Below, one piece after another: positions 37,297-55,341 of a stretch of 64,000 nucleotides of DNA. The translations under genes were made by a program, and so were the position numbers. The notes beneath the pieces were generated by a model that had not been told where the DNA came from, ran no database searches, and saw only the letters and a list, made by a program, of their open reading frames with translations. The DNA comes from Mytilus trossulus. Lineage: Eukaryota. Position 1 is the stretch's first letter. Each line of letters begins with the position of its first letter. The stretch spans positions 39,742,001 to 39,806,000 of the forward strand of contig NC_086386.1 of the NCBI RefSeq assembly GCF_036588685.1. The letters run 5' to 3'.

Positions 37297-38252
37297 GACA
37301 TACAAAGTTCAAATAACGGTGTTGGAGGTTCAATACCTTGTCATTACATATCACATATATATAACTTTATGTAAATATTTATTTTGTAGCCCTCCTCAAG
37401 TGTGTATTGACCATGACCATTAACACTTTAAGAAAGTGTTAGAAAGGCTTTTAACCCATGGTCTTCCATGGATTTTTTTATATTGTGTATATACTATATA
37501 TAACATGGAATGTAACGTTTATATAAGTTGCTTAATGTTATTCTCAGTTCTCTTTTATATGAGAGGGTGGTATATAGAGAGAGAATTAAGCCGGAATGTT
37601 GAATAAAACATATCACATCAGTTAAGAATATTTGATTGGTAGGTATTTGCCGAACAGACCCTTTTGTGGTTAATTTTCAAACATTCCGAGAACTTCTACA
37701 ATTAATATTTTTATTTTCTCGTAAATGTTTTTATGAAAATTTCTCTATTTGTTCTTTCAAATCGACGTGTTCAAATCATGAAATATATTTTCATTCTCAT
37801 TTCTTAAATGATTTCGATACAAACTCGTAATATGATAATGTGCATGTGAAATGTAAGAACTTTGCTGCCCTTTTTTAAAACTTATTTACATTTTTGTATA
37901 CAACTGTATCCTATATTATGTGTTGCAAGTATTTCTTTTTTTTATCTTGAGTGGGAAAACATATTTCATTTCAGCTCTAACCAGGCCAGAGCATTCATTT
38001 TCACCCTCCTGAAAAATCAAACGAAAGTCCTGTATGTGCCTTACCCAATTAAACATGATTTATTTTTACAAAATTGTATGTTCAGATTTGTATTTAAAAA
38101 TTCAAGTGTTAAATAACAATGGATGTTTTTTTATATATATATTATCAGGCTTATGCTTGTATTATTTGTTCTAGAGGCATTATAAATGGAAATAAAAAAT
38201 CATTGACAGAATTGGATTTTTTCAACACCAAAAATGTTTCGTCAAGTGAATA

Positions 38253-38550
38253 CAGTGGCGGATCCAACCATTTGAAAAGGGGGGGGGTGTCCCAACCCAA
38301 GACAAAAGGGGGATTCCAACAGGCGCGGATCCAGAGGGGGGGTGTTTGAACTCCCCTTTTGTTTGGACGATCAATGCATTTGGATGGGAACATGTAATTG
38401 GACCCCCCCCCTTTTTGTCCTGGGTTAGGAACCCCCTTTTTAAAATGACTAGATCCGACCCTGTCCAACTATATGTCCCCATTCAAATGCATTGATCGTC
38501 TCCAAAAAAGGGGTTCCAACCCCTGGAACCCTCCCCTGGATCCGCCACTG
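38253..38550. mobile_element. Nested pair of CAGTGGCGGATCC-family MITEs (inner copy 38320-38463, inverted)
   Basis: Outer TIR CAGTGGCGGATCCA...TGGATCCGCCACTG; inner copy flanked by TCCAA TSD. Confidence 0.75.
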
Positions 38551-38624
38551 GAAACATACACAAATACAAACAGAATTAACATAATACCATTTTTTTAACG
38601 AACAAAGTGAATGTATAAATGCAA

Positions 38625-39600
38625 ATGGACGTCAAGTTGGTTACTTATTCCCTATTCCCTATTCGTTACCTATTCCCTATTCGCTATTACCTATTCGTTA
38701 CTTATTCCCTATTCCCTTTTCGTTACCTATTCATTAATTATTCCCTATCGTTACCTATTCGTTACTTATTCCCTATAACTTATTCGTTACTTATTCGATT
38801 TTTAATATCCTTCCCCCTTTTTAATTGTTTATACTTTTATATCTGGTAATAGTTCCAAATTTGTTGAGGTAAAATGATCTTTTTATGACCTATTTATATG
38901 TGTTTGTACTCAACCGATCCTTCTACTTTATGTTCGATACTCATTTGTTCCTTATTTGATTTTTATACGTTCCACCTTTTAACTGCTTTATGTTCGTATG
39001 TTTGAAGATGGATGTTGGTTCGAAGGGATGTCATCTCATTGTTGAAGGCCGTACAGTGACCTATAGTTGGTAATTTCTGTGTCATTTTGGTTTATTGTGG
39101 GGTGTTGTCTCATTGGCAATCATACCACATCTTCTTTTTTTATACAAGCGCTAACACGGTGAGTTCATCCCTTCGAACCAAGATCCATCTTCAAACATAC
39201 GGACATAAAGCAGTTAAAAGGTAGAACGTATAAAAATCAAATAAGGAACAAATGAGTATCGAACATAAAGTAAAAGGATCGGTTGAGCACAAACACATAT
39301 AAATAGGTCATAAAAAGATCATTTTACCTCAACAAATTTAGAATTATTACCAGATATAAGAGTATAAACAATTAAAAAGGGGGAAGGATATTAAAAATCG
39401 AATAAGTTACGAATAAGGAATAGGGAATAAGTAACGAATGGGTAACGATAGGGAATAGGGAATAAGTAACGAATTGGTTACGAATAGGGAATAGGTAACG
39501 AATAGGTAACGAATAGGGAATAGGGAATAGGTAACGAATAGGGAATAGGGAATAGGGAATAGGTAACGAATAGGGAATAAGTAATCAACTTGACGTCCAT
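38625..39600. mobile_element. Foldback/MULE-like element with ~410-bp TIRs
   Basis: ATGGACGTCAAGTTG...CAACTTGACGTCCAT; 9-bp TSD TAAATGCAA; subterminal (TATTCCC/TATTCGTTACC)n arrays; spacer is a piece of the common interspersed repeat. Confidence 0.9.
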
Positions 39601-40684
39601 TAAATGCAATGACTTCTCTCAACAAATTAGTTAAAACGATTAAATTGAAAATCGGTCCGGTCTTGCACATCTCAGGAACGATTATGTGCAATAAAGCACT
39701 GATCGACGTCCATATTCATTGACTGTGCTAGTACACATTTTAGTAATAGAGTCTGACTGAAGCCCCATGCACGTGTTTCTCATTGTGTTGAAGACTCATG
39801 GTGACCTTGAACTGCTTTTTATTCTATGGTCATTTTTGACACATTCTTAATTTCCATTCTCAATTTTATTGCATGTAAGTTTTGTCGAATTCCACTCCGG
39901 CCTTTGTTCAGTTCAATGGTCTGATGATACTCAACAGAATCGCATAGATAAAAGTACAGATCGGCAAATTGTTGTCTGTTCAATGTTCAGTGACAGATAT
40001 TCCAGGTCTGTTGATCCAAAATATATAGGGGACTGAGGTGTCAGCAACATTTATGGCTAATCCAGGTTTTTACTTGTTCTACTCCCTACTAGTGCTAAAA
40101 TGTCTTGTGTGTTGACCCTCTCCGTTTCAAAATCCTGGCTTCTCAGAGCATGACTCCGCATTGTGAATTAACTATTGGTGCATGATCGAATAGGGTTGAT
40201 AACTTGATATGATCATTTGGCCTTGCAATAGACCATCGGACCACGAACCTTTGAAGAGTCTTTGCAAGGTTTCTTTCATGTTTGGCATTCCTTTAAATGT
40301 GTGCCTCGGGATGTGTGCACAGGTGCAGTCTAATTAGACGTGGCTACGTACCGCTTAATTTATACATCCCGCATTGCCATACTGATTGTAAAATACAAAG
40401 GAAGGAAAATTCAACATCAAATACTTCACAGAGTAAATATCCATGAATAAACCCACATGTATGAAGCCTCAATGTACTATTCATAAGCTCGCCACACAAA
40501 ATTCAAGACACAAAACGTAAATGTTAACACGCGCCAAGGATGCAGTGACAACAGGTCTCAACTGTAGCGACCTAGTTCTTGACTCCAGGTAATCGACATA
40601 TTGCTTTTACGTTACAGTCACAGTGTTGCGAAACACCCGTTTATTTACATTTTGAAATATTTAAAGAGCGGATTAGAAGAAGAC

Positions 40685-45459
<4,775 letters not shown>

Positions 45460-45759
45460 AGACAGAAGAACCGGAAGTGGCTGGAGATCAAACTTACTAT
45501 TTTAAATGTTTTAAAATTTTACAAAAGTTATTATGAAAGTTTCAATAATGTTTTAACAATTTTTCGTATTGATGTTAGTTTAAACCTACATATGCAATTA
45601 TTTTATTAACACATTTTATTTTAAGGGCATAAAGATGATTATGGAAATACTGCAAGACAGTCTGAAAATTTCAACTTTGAGAATATAAACTAGACGAATT
45701 AGTTTAACCATCAACAGACATATGAAAAATATTACTCCTTAATGTTCTTTGAACTTAGT

Positions 45760-47686
45760 TTTTATACGACCGCAAATTTTGAAAAAATTTTCGTCGTATA
45801 TTGCTATCACGTCGTCGTCGTCGTCGTCGTCGTCCGAATACTTTTAGTTTTCGCACTCTAACTTTAGTAAAAGTGAATAGAAATCTATGAAATTTTAACA
45901 CAAGGTTTATGACCATAAAAGGAAGGCTGGTATTGATTTTGGGAGTTTTGGTCCCAACATTTTAGGAATAAGGGGCCAAAAAGGGCCCAAATAAGCATTT
46001 TCTTGGGTTTCGCACTATAACTTTAGTTTAAGTTAATAGAAATCTATGAAATTTTGACACAAGGTTTATGACCACAAAAGAAAGGTTGGGATTGATTTTG
46101 GGAGTTTTGGTTTCAACAGTTTAGGAATTAGGGGCCAAAAAAGGGCCCAAATAAGCATTATTCTTGGTTTTCGCACAATAACTTTAGTTAAAGTGAATAG
46201 AAATCAATGAAATTTAAACACAATGTTTATGACCACAAAAGGAAGGTTGGTATTGATTTTGGGAGTTTCGGTCCCAACAGTTTAGGAATTAGGGGCCAAA
46301 AAGGGACCCAAATAAGCATTTTTGTTGGTTTTCGAACCATAGCGTTAGTATAAGTAAATAGAAATCTATGAAATTTAAACATAAGGTTTATGACTATAAA
46401 AGGAAGGTTGGTATTGATTTTGGGAGTTTTGGTCCCAACAGTTAAGGAAAAAGGGGCCCAAAGGGTCCAAAATTAAACTTTGTTTGATTTCATCAAAATT
46501 GAATAATTGGGGTTCTTTAATATGCCGAATCTAACTGTGTATGTAGATTCTTAATTTTTGGTCCCGTTTTCAAATTGGTCTACATTAAGGTCCAAAGGGT
46601 CCAAAATTAAACTTAGTTTGATTTTAACAAAAATTGAAACCTTGGGGTTCTTTGATATGCTGAATCTAAAAATGTACTTAGATTTTTGATTATTGGCCCA
46701 GTTTTCAAGTTGGCCCAAATCGAGGTCCAAAATTAAACATTGTTTGATTTCATCAAAAATTGAATAATTGGGGTTCTTTGATATGCCAAATCTAACTGTG
46801 TATGTAGATTCTTAATTTTTGGCCCAGTTTTAAAATTGGTCTAAATTAAAGTGCAAAGGGTCCAAAATTAAACTAAGTTTGATTTTAACAAAATTCAAAT
46901 TCTTGGGCCTCTTTGATATGCTGAATCTAAACATGTACTTAGATTTTTGATTATGGGCCCAGTTTTCAAGTTGGTCAAAATCAGGATCTAAAATTATTAT
47001 ATTAAGTATTGTGCAATAGCAAGTCATTTCAATTGCACAGTATTGTGCAATGGCAGGAAATATCTAATTTCACAATATTGTGAAATAGCAAATTTTTTTT
47101 TAATTAAGAGTTATCTTTCTTTGTCCAGTATAGTAAGAAAGAAATATCTGCAATAATTTTTTTTAATTGGAGTTATCTTTCTTTGTCCAGAATCAACTTA
47201 AATCTTTGTTATATACAATATACAATGTATATTCACTTTTTACTACCAACTGGTAAATTTAAATAATCTTTACCATTCAGTGATAACAAGCAGTTTTTTT
47301 TACATCTTAATATTTTATGATGTATTTAAATGAGTAGTAATTGTTGCAAACTCCATTAGAATATTTTAATTGAAATTTATTTTTGGAATAAGGGAAAGGG
47401 GGATGTGAATAAAAAATTGGGTTCAATTTTTCTCATTTGAAATTTCATAAATAAAAAGAAAATTTCTTCAAACATTTTTTTGAGAGGATTAATATTCAAC
47501 AGCATAGTGAATTGCTCTAAGAGAAAACAAAAATTTTAAGTTCATTTGAATACATTCATTCTGTGTCAGAAACCTATGCTGTGTCAACTATTTAATCACA
47601 ATCCAAATTTAGAGTGGAATCCAGCTTGAATGTTGTGTCCATACTTGCCCCAACCGTTCAGGGTTCAACCTCTGCGGTCGTATAAA
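45760..47686 (+). mobile_element. Helentron-associated element carrying two internal satellite arrays
   Basis: TTTATACGACCGC...GCGGTCGTATAAA inverted ends; (GTC)n; ~160-bp x4 array (45848-46460) then ~130-bp x4 array (46463-46990). Confidence 0.82.
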
Positions 47687-50600
47687 CCATTTGATTTTGG
47701 GGGGGGGGGGGGGGGGGGGGGCTATGTTGTTTTTTTCTGGACAAATTTGAAAAACAATCTTTTTTTTTCGCGACAAGTCGAAAACAATTTTTTTCTTTCA
47801 ATTTAAGCATTACATATAGTGGCAGCTGAGGGTGAAACAAACAATTTTTTGTTCTCAGAATCAAACAAATTATTTTTTACTCCAAAAACTGGAAACAAAC
47901 TTTTTTCCCCCAAAAAAAACATAGCCCCCCCCCCCCCCCCCCAAGAAAATCAAATGGTTGCTGCCTTAGTTGTAAACATTTCATACTTTGGAAAAAAATC
48001 CTTGACAAGTGGAAGTAACTCCAGCAAAACAACAAGATTTTTTGGAAGATATACTAGGAGGACGCCTATTTTTTAACTTTTGTTGTTAACCTATATATGC
48101 CTTATAACTAATGTGCAATTAAATGTTATATACATTATATAATTCATTGTTCACTTTAATCTCATTTTGAAAGTCCCATTCTATTCATTGATCCAGAAAT
48201 TTTACTAGAACGCCATAAGGATGAGGTTTTTGTTGATGTACTGAAACCAGATAAACGTTCAATAAAATTATACCAGTATTTGTGTGGTTCAAATTGCTTG
48301 AAATTTTCATGTTTTTGTCAACATCTCAAGGAAAATATTTGTCGAAATTTTATATAAATTATCTGAGCAAAATATGTTGTAGTAAAAAATAAATCTATTT
48401 TAGTCAAAACGGGGATCTGGTGAATTATAACTGAAACAAAAATGAAAAATATTTTATTTTTAAATTCTCTTCCCACTTTTTAATTATAAGATCTTATAAC
48501 CTACTTTTAATCAAATTTAGAATTCTATTTTTAAACTATACAATGGACTTTGGTTTGATGTTGAAATATAGTAAGTGCCTTGAAACTATTTGTTTTGTTG
48601 TTATCAAGCCTTTTACCATTTATTTTTATCTTTCATTTTCTTTTATTATTGTGTACTAAGTTATCTGATTAGTTTTATTCTTTTATGTTTTTACTGTTTA
48701 TTAAAAAAAATTATATGTGATTATAATAAAGTATTTTATCATCTTCTCATTATTTATTCTTCAGTAAGTGTATTTTCATTAATTCTGCTTCTGCTTCTGC
48801 CAAGTAATGGCCACAATCAACGGACTGATTATACTGCCATGGTTTGGTGCGCATAATCAGGACACAGCACCTAATATCTTTTACACTGGGATTTTTAAAA
48901 ATACTTCAACATTTGGCTTTTCTAGCCTGCATATACATAGTTAGGGTTTATTTAAACATTTTATTTTCTCATTAAAAAGGTTGTGCATGGGTTATATGTC
49001 AATTAGACAGCAATATGACCATCCTTAGCCAATTTAATTAAAATATAGATCATTATTATTAGATTATTAGATATGAATTTAAATTAGATTGAATCATAAC
49101 AATTGAAAAAAGACCTCGAGGTCGAGATAGATTGATTGGTCGTATCTTAACTTCCATTGAGAATTGTTTCATCATGTTCAGGAACAGAAAAAAAACCTAA
49201 TAAAAAATACAATACATAGGACCTGCAGTAGGGGATGTCTGGGTTGAAGGTCGGTGAAATTTGACGTACGTTCATTTTGACTGTGTTGGATGTACAAATA
49301 CGCAGCCACGCGCTCTCAGAATAGGGACGTTAAATCCGATGTCTTGTGCAGAAAGGTTCCACGCTGTCTGCATGTCAAGAATACCAACAACAACACTTGG
49401 ATGGTTGAGGAGGAGGTACAATTTTGGCCTGTTGAAAGGCAAAATTTCGGTCCAAAATTGAAATTCGAATTACATGGGTTTAACTGCCGGTCGGAAGAAG
49501 ACCTGTAATGACAACATGTTTCTATTACTCTTTTATTGTGAAAAATTAGGGAGGGGTGTGGATACATACACACAACACAGCTGGTATACTAACTCACCCC
49601 AATTTAAAAAAAAAATCCCATATTGATTTGACCACCATACCATAATTTGTAAATTCTTGTCAACGAGGTAGTACTATAGTATATGGAATTTCTTTGTAAT
49701 TTCTTCATATAAGCACATCTCGCAGTGAAAAAAAACTTTTATACTAAAAGGGACATTTTCGCGTCTTATCTGCCCAACTAGTGTCTTCATGCTTTCAAAA
49801 ATGTTTGCACTGTTTTGTTGAGAGTGACATTTATATATTGGTCAGTGAAAAACGTTGGACGCAGTGAATTGAAATTTAAATGACAACGTAGAGCATATTT
49901 TATTTCAAAATGATAAATAAGGTTTAAACGGAATATAACAATGTTTCCTTCGACGAAGACCAGCATCCGTCTCGTATTGAAAATTTACATTTCTGTAAAT
50001 GGAATTTAATCTTAAATTAGTCATGAGGATCCACATGTTTAATGATAACAAGTTTTCTGTTGTCTTTTTTTCACGAATTTATGAAAAAAGTATGTTCACC
50101 CGTTTAACATCTGAAAATGAAAACTATTTGAATAAAAGAAGTATTTGGTTATCAAAATCAGAAATCGACAGATAAAAGGTTTGTTAATACAAGATAAATA
50201 CTTGTTTGAAAGGTCAGACAACTTGAAAACACCTACAATGTAAATAAAGTTAAGATAACGTGTAAAGGGACGTTTTTGTAGAAAGGGAGATAACCATGAA
50301 AAAAATTACATATCTAATAAAGTCACAATTTGTAACCTCCCTTGTATTTAAATACTTGAAATATTGCAAAATTTTATTAAATTAAAAGTGGCTACAAATC
50401 AAACAAAAAGGAAGTGTGTGTTAATGAACATTTAACAAAGAGGACGGTAATTTTGATGTCATTACTTTAATAGTAAACAATGTTCCAAGGTGATTATATT
50501 GTTGCCGTTTGATTAGGCGTTCAGTAGCAAGTATTTCATGCATATTTTAAGAACAATTCAAGCAATCAATCAATTAGGTAGGTTCTGCAGAATTTGTTTC

Positions 50601-51981
50601 TTTTGGAGGGAAGGTATGTGGTCTGTCATTTGACACGATGGCTTGGTAGGCAGGGTCTTGGGCGTTTCTTTTAAAAATATCCCTAGAAGACCTACTACCC
50701 CTGTTCCTCCCAATGTTATCATATGGCTACCTTTTCCAGTAACGTACAAAGATCGTGCCGCTCTCTTATGTGCATCTGAGCGATTTTTTCAGTTATTTTT
50801 TTTTTTTTTACAGTGTGGGGTTTTCCGTTCGTTAAGTTACGTCAATACTTTGTAATTTTCAACGGTTCTGCTATAAAAAGTTGTCTGCAGCATGGTATAA
50901 TCAATGGCAATGACAGAAAGAGGCACAAAAGACTAATAAAACAAGGAAACACAAAAGGCATAATACCTGATTCCGTTGAACAGATTGAACAACACATGAA
51001 AATGCGTCACTAATATTTATACATTAAGTGTTTGAACTTTTTTTTTTAATAAATGCAAATTGTATAGAAAGAGTTTGCACGTCTTGATCGTTTATACTGT
51101 AAATCCTTAATTTTTTTAAAACCTAAAGATAGTTTTTTCGTTGAAACCGATATGTCTTTGCAATTTAAATTTATACTACAAACTTGACAAAGTTGCTTCT
51201 ATGAACTTTTCCTCACATAGTTTATGAGTCCGACCGAGTCGTTAACTATTAACACTGGAACTTTTTATTTGCAAAACACTCATTTCCAAATTCTTCCGCG
51301 CCGCCTCAAATTAAAGCTACAGTGTCGTGTATATAACCAAAATGTGCGGAATGACATGGGATTTAATAATTTCATTGGTTTTCTGTTTCCAATCTATTTT
51401 TTCTGCAATTTGATTTATATAAACATCTAATTTTCAATATCCCATGGGACAGGGCAAAATTCCATGGGATTGACCATTATCCCATATAGTTCCATAAAAA
51501 CAATACCAATCATTCTTAATACAGATACGCAAATAATATTCTTTTTAGGTCAAGGTCTTATTATTTTTTCCCGCATTTATAGAAAACATTAGTTAAACAA
51601 GTTTGGAAATAGAACATACGGCTTGTAAATTGTATACGTGTACCATCATCAATGCATACAAATGAGCAACTATTTACTTATGGTTAACTTCGTATACCTG
51701 AATACACATGTTTCTGTCACGCTCCATCGGTATTCAAAAAGTAAATGTGTTCATATTACTTTTTATTTCAACCCATTTACTTTTCCTTTACACCTTTTAC
51801 ATAACCACCCTTTGCAATGTTTAATGAGTCGTGCAGAGAAACCCACTACAGTAAAGAATAAATCAACATAACATTACAGTTATAAGAAGTATAATAACGT
51901 CGAAAATGTATTTGCCCATGCAGAATTAGAAAAGGTGGCATTCAAATTTTTTGTACGACAACTTTTTTGTATGACATCTCA

Positions 51982-52825
51982 AAACTAGAGGCTCTCAAGA
52001 GCCTGTGTGGCTCACCTTGGACTATATGCATATTGAACAAAGGACACAGATGGATTCATGACAAAATTGTGTTTTGGTGATGGTGATGTGTTTGTAGACA
52101 TTACTTTACTATCACTCTTGCTGTTACCAATATATCTATTTATAATGCACTTTGCCTAGTATTTAGAGAGAAAAACATTTTGTAAAATATACCAAAAATT
52201 TACCAAATATGAAAGTAGTTAAATTTTACTATAAAGGGCAATGACTCCTAGCCAAAGGGGTCAATTGACCATTTTGCGCAATACATGTTGACTTATTTGT
52301 AGATCATTATTGCTGTTTTAAGTTTATCTATATAGACTATCTATAATAACATTCAAGATAAAAAAATTCCTTAAAATTACTAATTCAGGGGCGGAAACCC
52401 AACAACCGGTTGTCCAATTCATCTCAAAATTTCAGGGCAGATAGATCTTGACTTGATAAACAATTTTACTCACGTTAGATTTGCTCTAAATGCTTTGGAT
52501 TCAGAGTTATAAGCCAAAATCTACATTTTAACCCTATGTTCTATTTTTAGCAATGGTGGCCATCTTGGTTGGCTAGCCTGGTCATCAGTATATACCCCAA
52601 TGATAGTTGTGTTCAAGCTTGGTTAAATTTGGCCCAGTAGTTTCACAGGAAATTTTTGTAAAAGATTACAAAATTTAAGAAAAAAATGGTAAAATTGTCT
52701 ATAAAGGGCAATAACTCCTTAAGAGGTCAACTGAACATTTTGGTCATGTTGACTTATTTGTATATCTTACTTTGCTGAACATTATTGCTGCTCACAGTTT
52801 ATCTCTATCTATAATAATATTCAAA
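51982..52825 (-). mobile_element. Helentron-associated element fragment related to 12473-13522
   Basis: Begins with hairpin GAGGCTCTCAAGAGCCT and GCTCACC; body is reverse-complement similar to 12670-13030. Confidence 0.75.
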
Positions 52826-55341
52826 CGGCCAATTTTCTAACAATATACTATCCATATTAGAAAAACAAACAAAACAAAGATAAACCTACGAAATTACAGT
52901 ACTACAGGTCTACTGGCTTGGAAACAGATGCATACAGAATTTGATGGGGTAAATATATATAGTGCATCATAAGCCTATGAAGGCTGGCTGACCTAAAATA
53001 TGTTTCATAATTGTATAATAATGTTATATCAGGCTGCAATTTAATAACACAATGTACATAATATACAAAAAGTTGTTCAGATTGCCAAGTCACAATCAGA
53101 GACGGAAAGACGTAGAATTTGGTAGCAATATTTTACTGTACGGCCTACGACAATGAGCAAAAGCCATAAAGCATAGAAAGCTATAACTGGCACCAAATTG
53201 AGAAATCAATCGTTAATAAAACACACTCTCTGACAACATATCAAACAACCACGGTCTCCACGTGCTCGCTTTTAACCAACGATATTCATAGAAGGGTATA
53301 GTAGGAAAGTTATTTATATTTTGAAAAACTAAATCAATGCAAGTACCCATAAAATCTGTCGGTGTACATGTGTTTCTGCTTTTTTTGTAACGAAAGTCTG
53401 GCCTACAATCCTGCTTCCTGCTGACAGCAATTTGGAGCAAAGATAAGTTAAAAACAGTCATATTACTGCCTCCTACAATGCAATAAAAAATGTGTTCCTC
53501 TTTTGGCACTTGGGTCCCAGCAAGGTTCGATATGAAAGGTTTCCTCGCAGTTTATTAGGTATCGCATCTATATCAGATTTTCACGACATTGAATTACTTC
53601 AATTTTTTTTTCTTCCGAACAATGTGTTATACTTCTTAAACTATATGACTAGTAAAATAAAGATAGCTTAACTACAGCCTATATTCACAAGAGTACAGTG
53701 AAAAAAAACATTAAAGGAACAAGCAGTCGTAAACAAAATACTATATAATTAGTTTACGAGAATATCAAACTTGTCTCGAGACAGTTTCTGGAAAAGAAGC
53801 TGCCATGTATTAGTCTATTATGCAACTTCATTGCATTTTGAATCGGTGATTTGTTCTCTTCATAAGTTGTTGATAGTTTGAAGAACTGTACAGATCTCTG
53901 GACACTTTTCTGACAGAAGCGGGAACCGTTATGAACAGTTCTGTTATACAATTCACAACAAATAGGCCAGGGGCCGGGGGGGATTTCTAACATTAATGAT
54001 TATGGTACCGAAGCACATATGTATTATTTCAAAAGAATATAAAGTGCGATGTGAACTCGGGTACATAAAAACACTCCCAATACAATGAAAAAAACACTAT
54101 GTTGTTGTCATGAACTAGTAGTTATAACATAAGTTCTAAAATAAAACGAATGAAATATTCTGCAATACATTATTTCCACTAGAATTTTTTTTTATCAAGT
54201 ATTTTTTCTTGATGAACTATAAAAGAGGGTATATAAAATAATTGTTATTACAGGGATTAAATATTACAGCATAGTTTATAATAAAATTTCCAGAGGAACT
54301 TCAAAAATCTGGTATGAGGAACATTTAAACGTTGACAATGCAATACAAATATTTTACCTGTTATAAAAACCACGGAAGTGTTCCTCGACCAGTACTATTG
54401 TCTTAATGTCAAAGGATAATAATGTATCATAATAGCTAATGTAGTATTTTTTTTTTATAATAATCACGGAACCATAAGAAGAATATTTTTCTTCAAGAAT
54501 ATTTAAAATCAGAATTGGACATTTTAAAACGGAGAAAGAAAAGTTAGTCAGCTGTGCATCACAATGAAGATCAGTGGCTGATTAAGATGTGTATAGGTGT
54601 ATGCCACCCAATTTTGTTTTTTGAGAAATTATTGCAATATATTGGTTAAAATCGTTTCAAATAATTTCGTCTCGCTACTCTTTGCGGTTTTATTTCGACT
54701 ATTTGGAACAGCTAGTCTACGCCTTCCAAAGACACCCGATACGCACCAAGCAAGAGAGTCAAATTCTGATAACACAACCAAAGACATGTAGAATATATTT
54801 GTTAAGACTGATTTGATAATCAAATTTGCATAAACATGCAAAAACTATGACAATGAAACGTATAACTGTCTGTGCTTAAAGTACATAGTTTATTTAATCA
54901 GGCCTCGATCAGTGATTCCCTATATAATCATCCAAATGTTTCCAACTAAGAGGGCAGGCAGTCTCTCCTTTAAACATGCCTCTGGTGAATCAATGAATAC
55001 AATTTACAAAAAAAGACCGGAAGAAGTCTATAGAAGTGTTTGATTTTCAATGAATTTTACGCGTACCCTTTTATCGGTCATTTTTCCTCTTTATTCACAA
55101 AGGGATATCTCATCCTGCTTCCTTATTGCGCGCGTCTTCACATTTATAATTTGGATGTTTCTTTAACGGTTCCTTTAACTCTCTGGTTGTAAATCAACAA
55201 TATAACAATACAAAAATTAATACTTCTGTATTTTGTAATTTCCCCTGGACTTTGTTAAAACGTGCCAGTGCTCATCTTAGTACACGTTTACCTGACTAAT
55301 TAATACGCATCCGCATTTAACGTAGTATTTCCTTCAACAAA

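Noticed and set aside
48000-55300. Additional gene between LITAF genes 4 and 5
   Set aside because: Only short low-complexity ORFs and repeat fragments; no recognisable exon.
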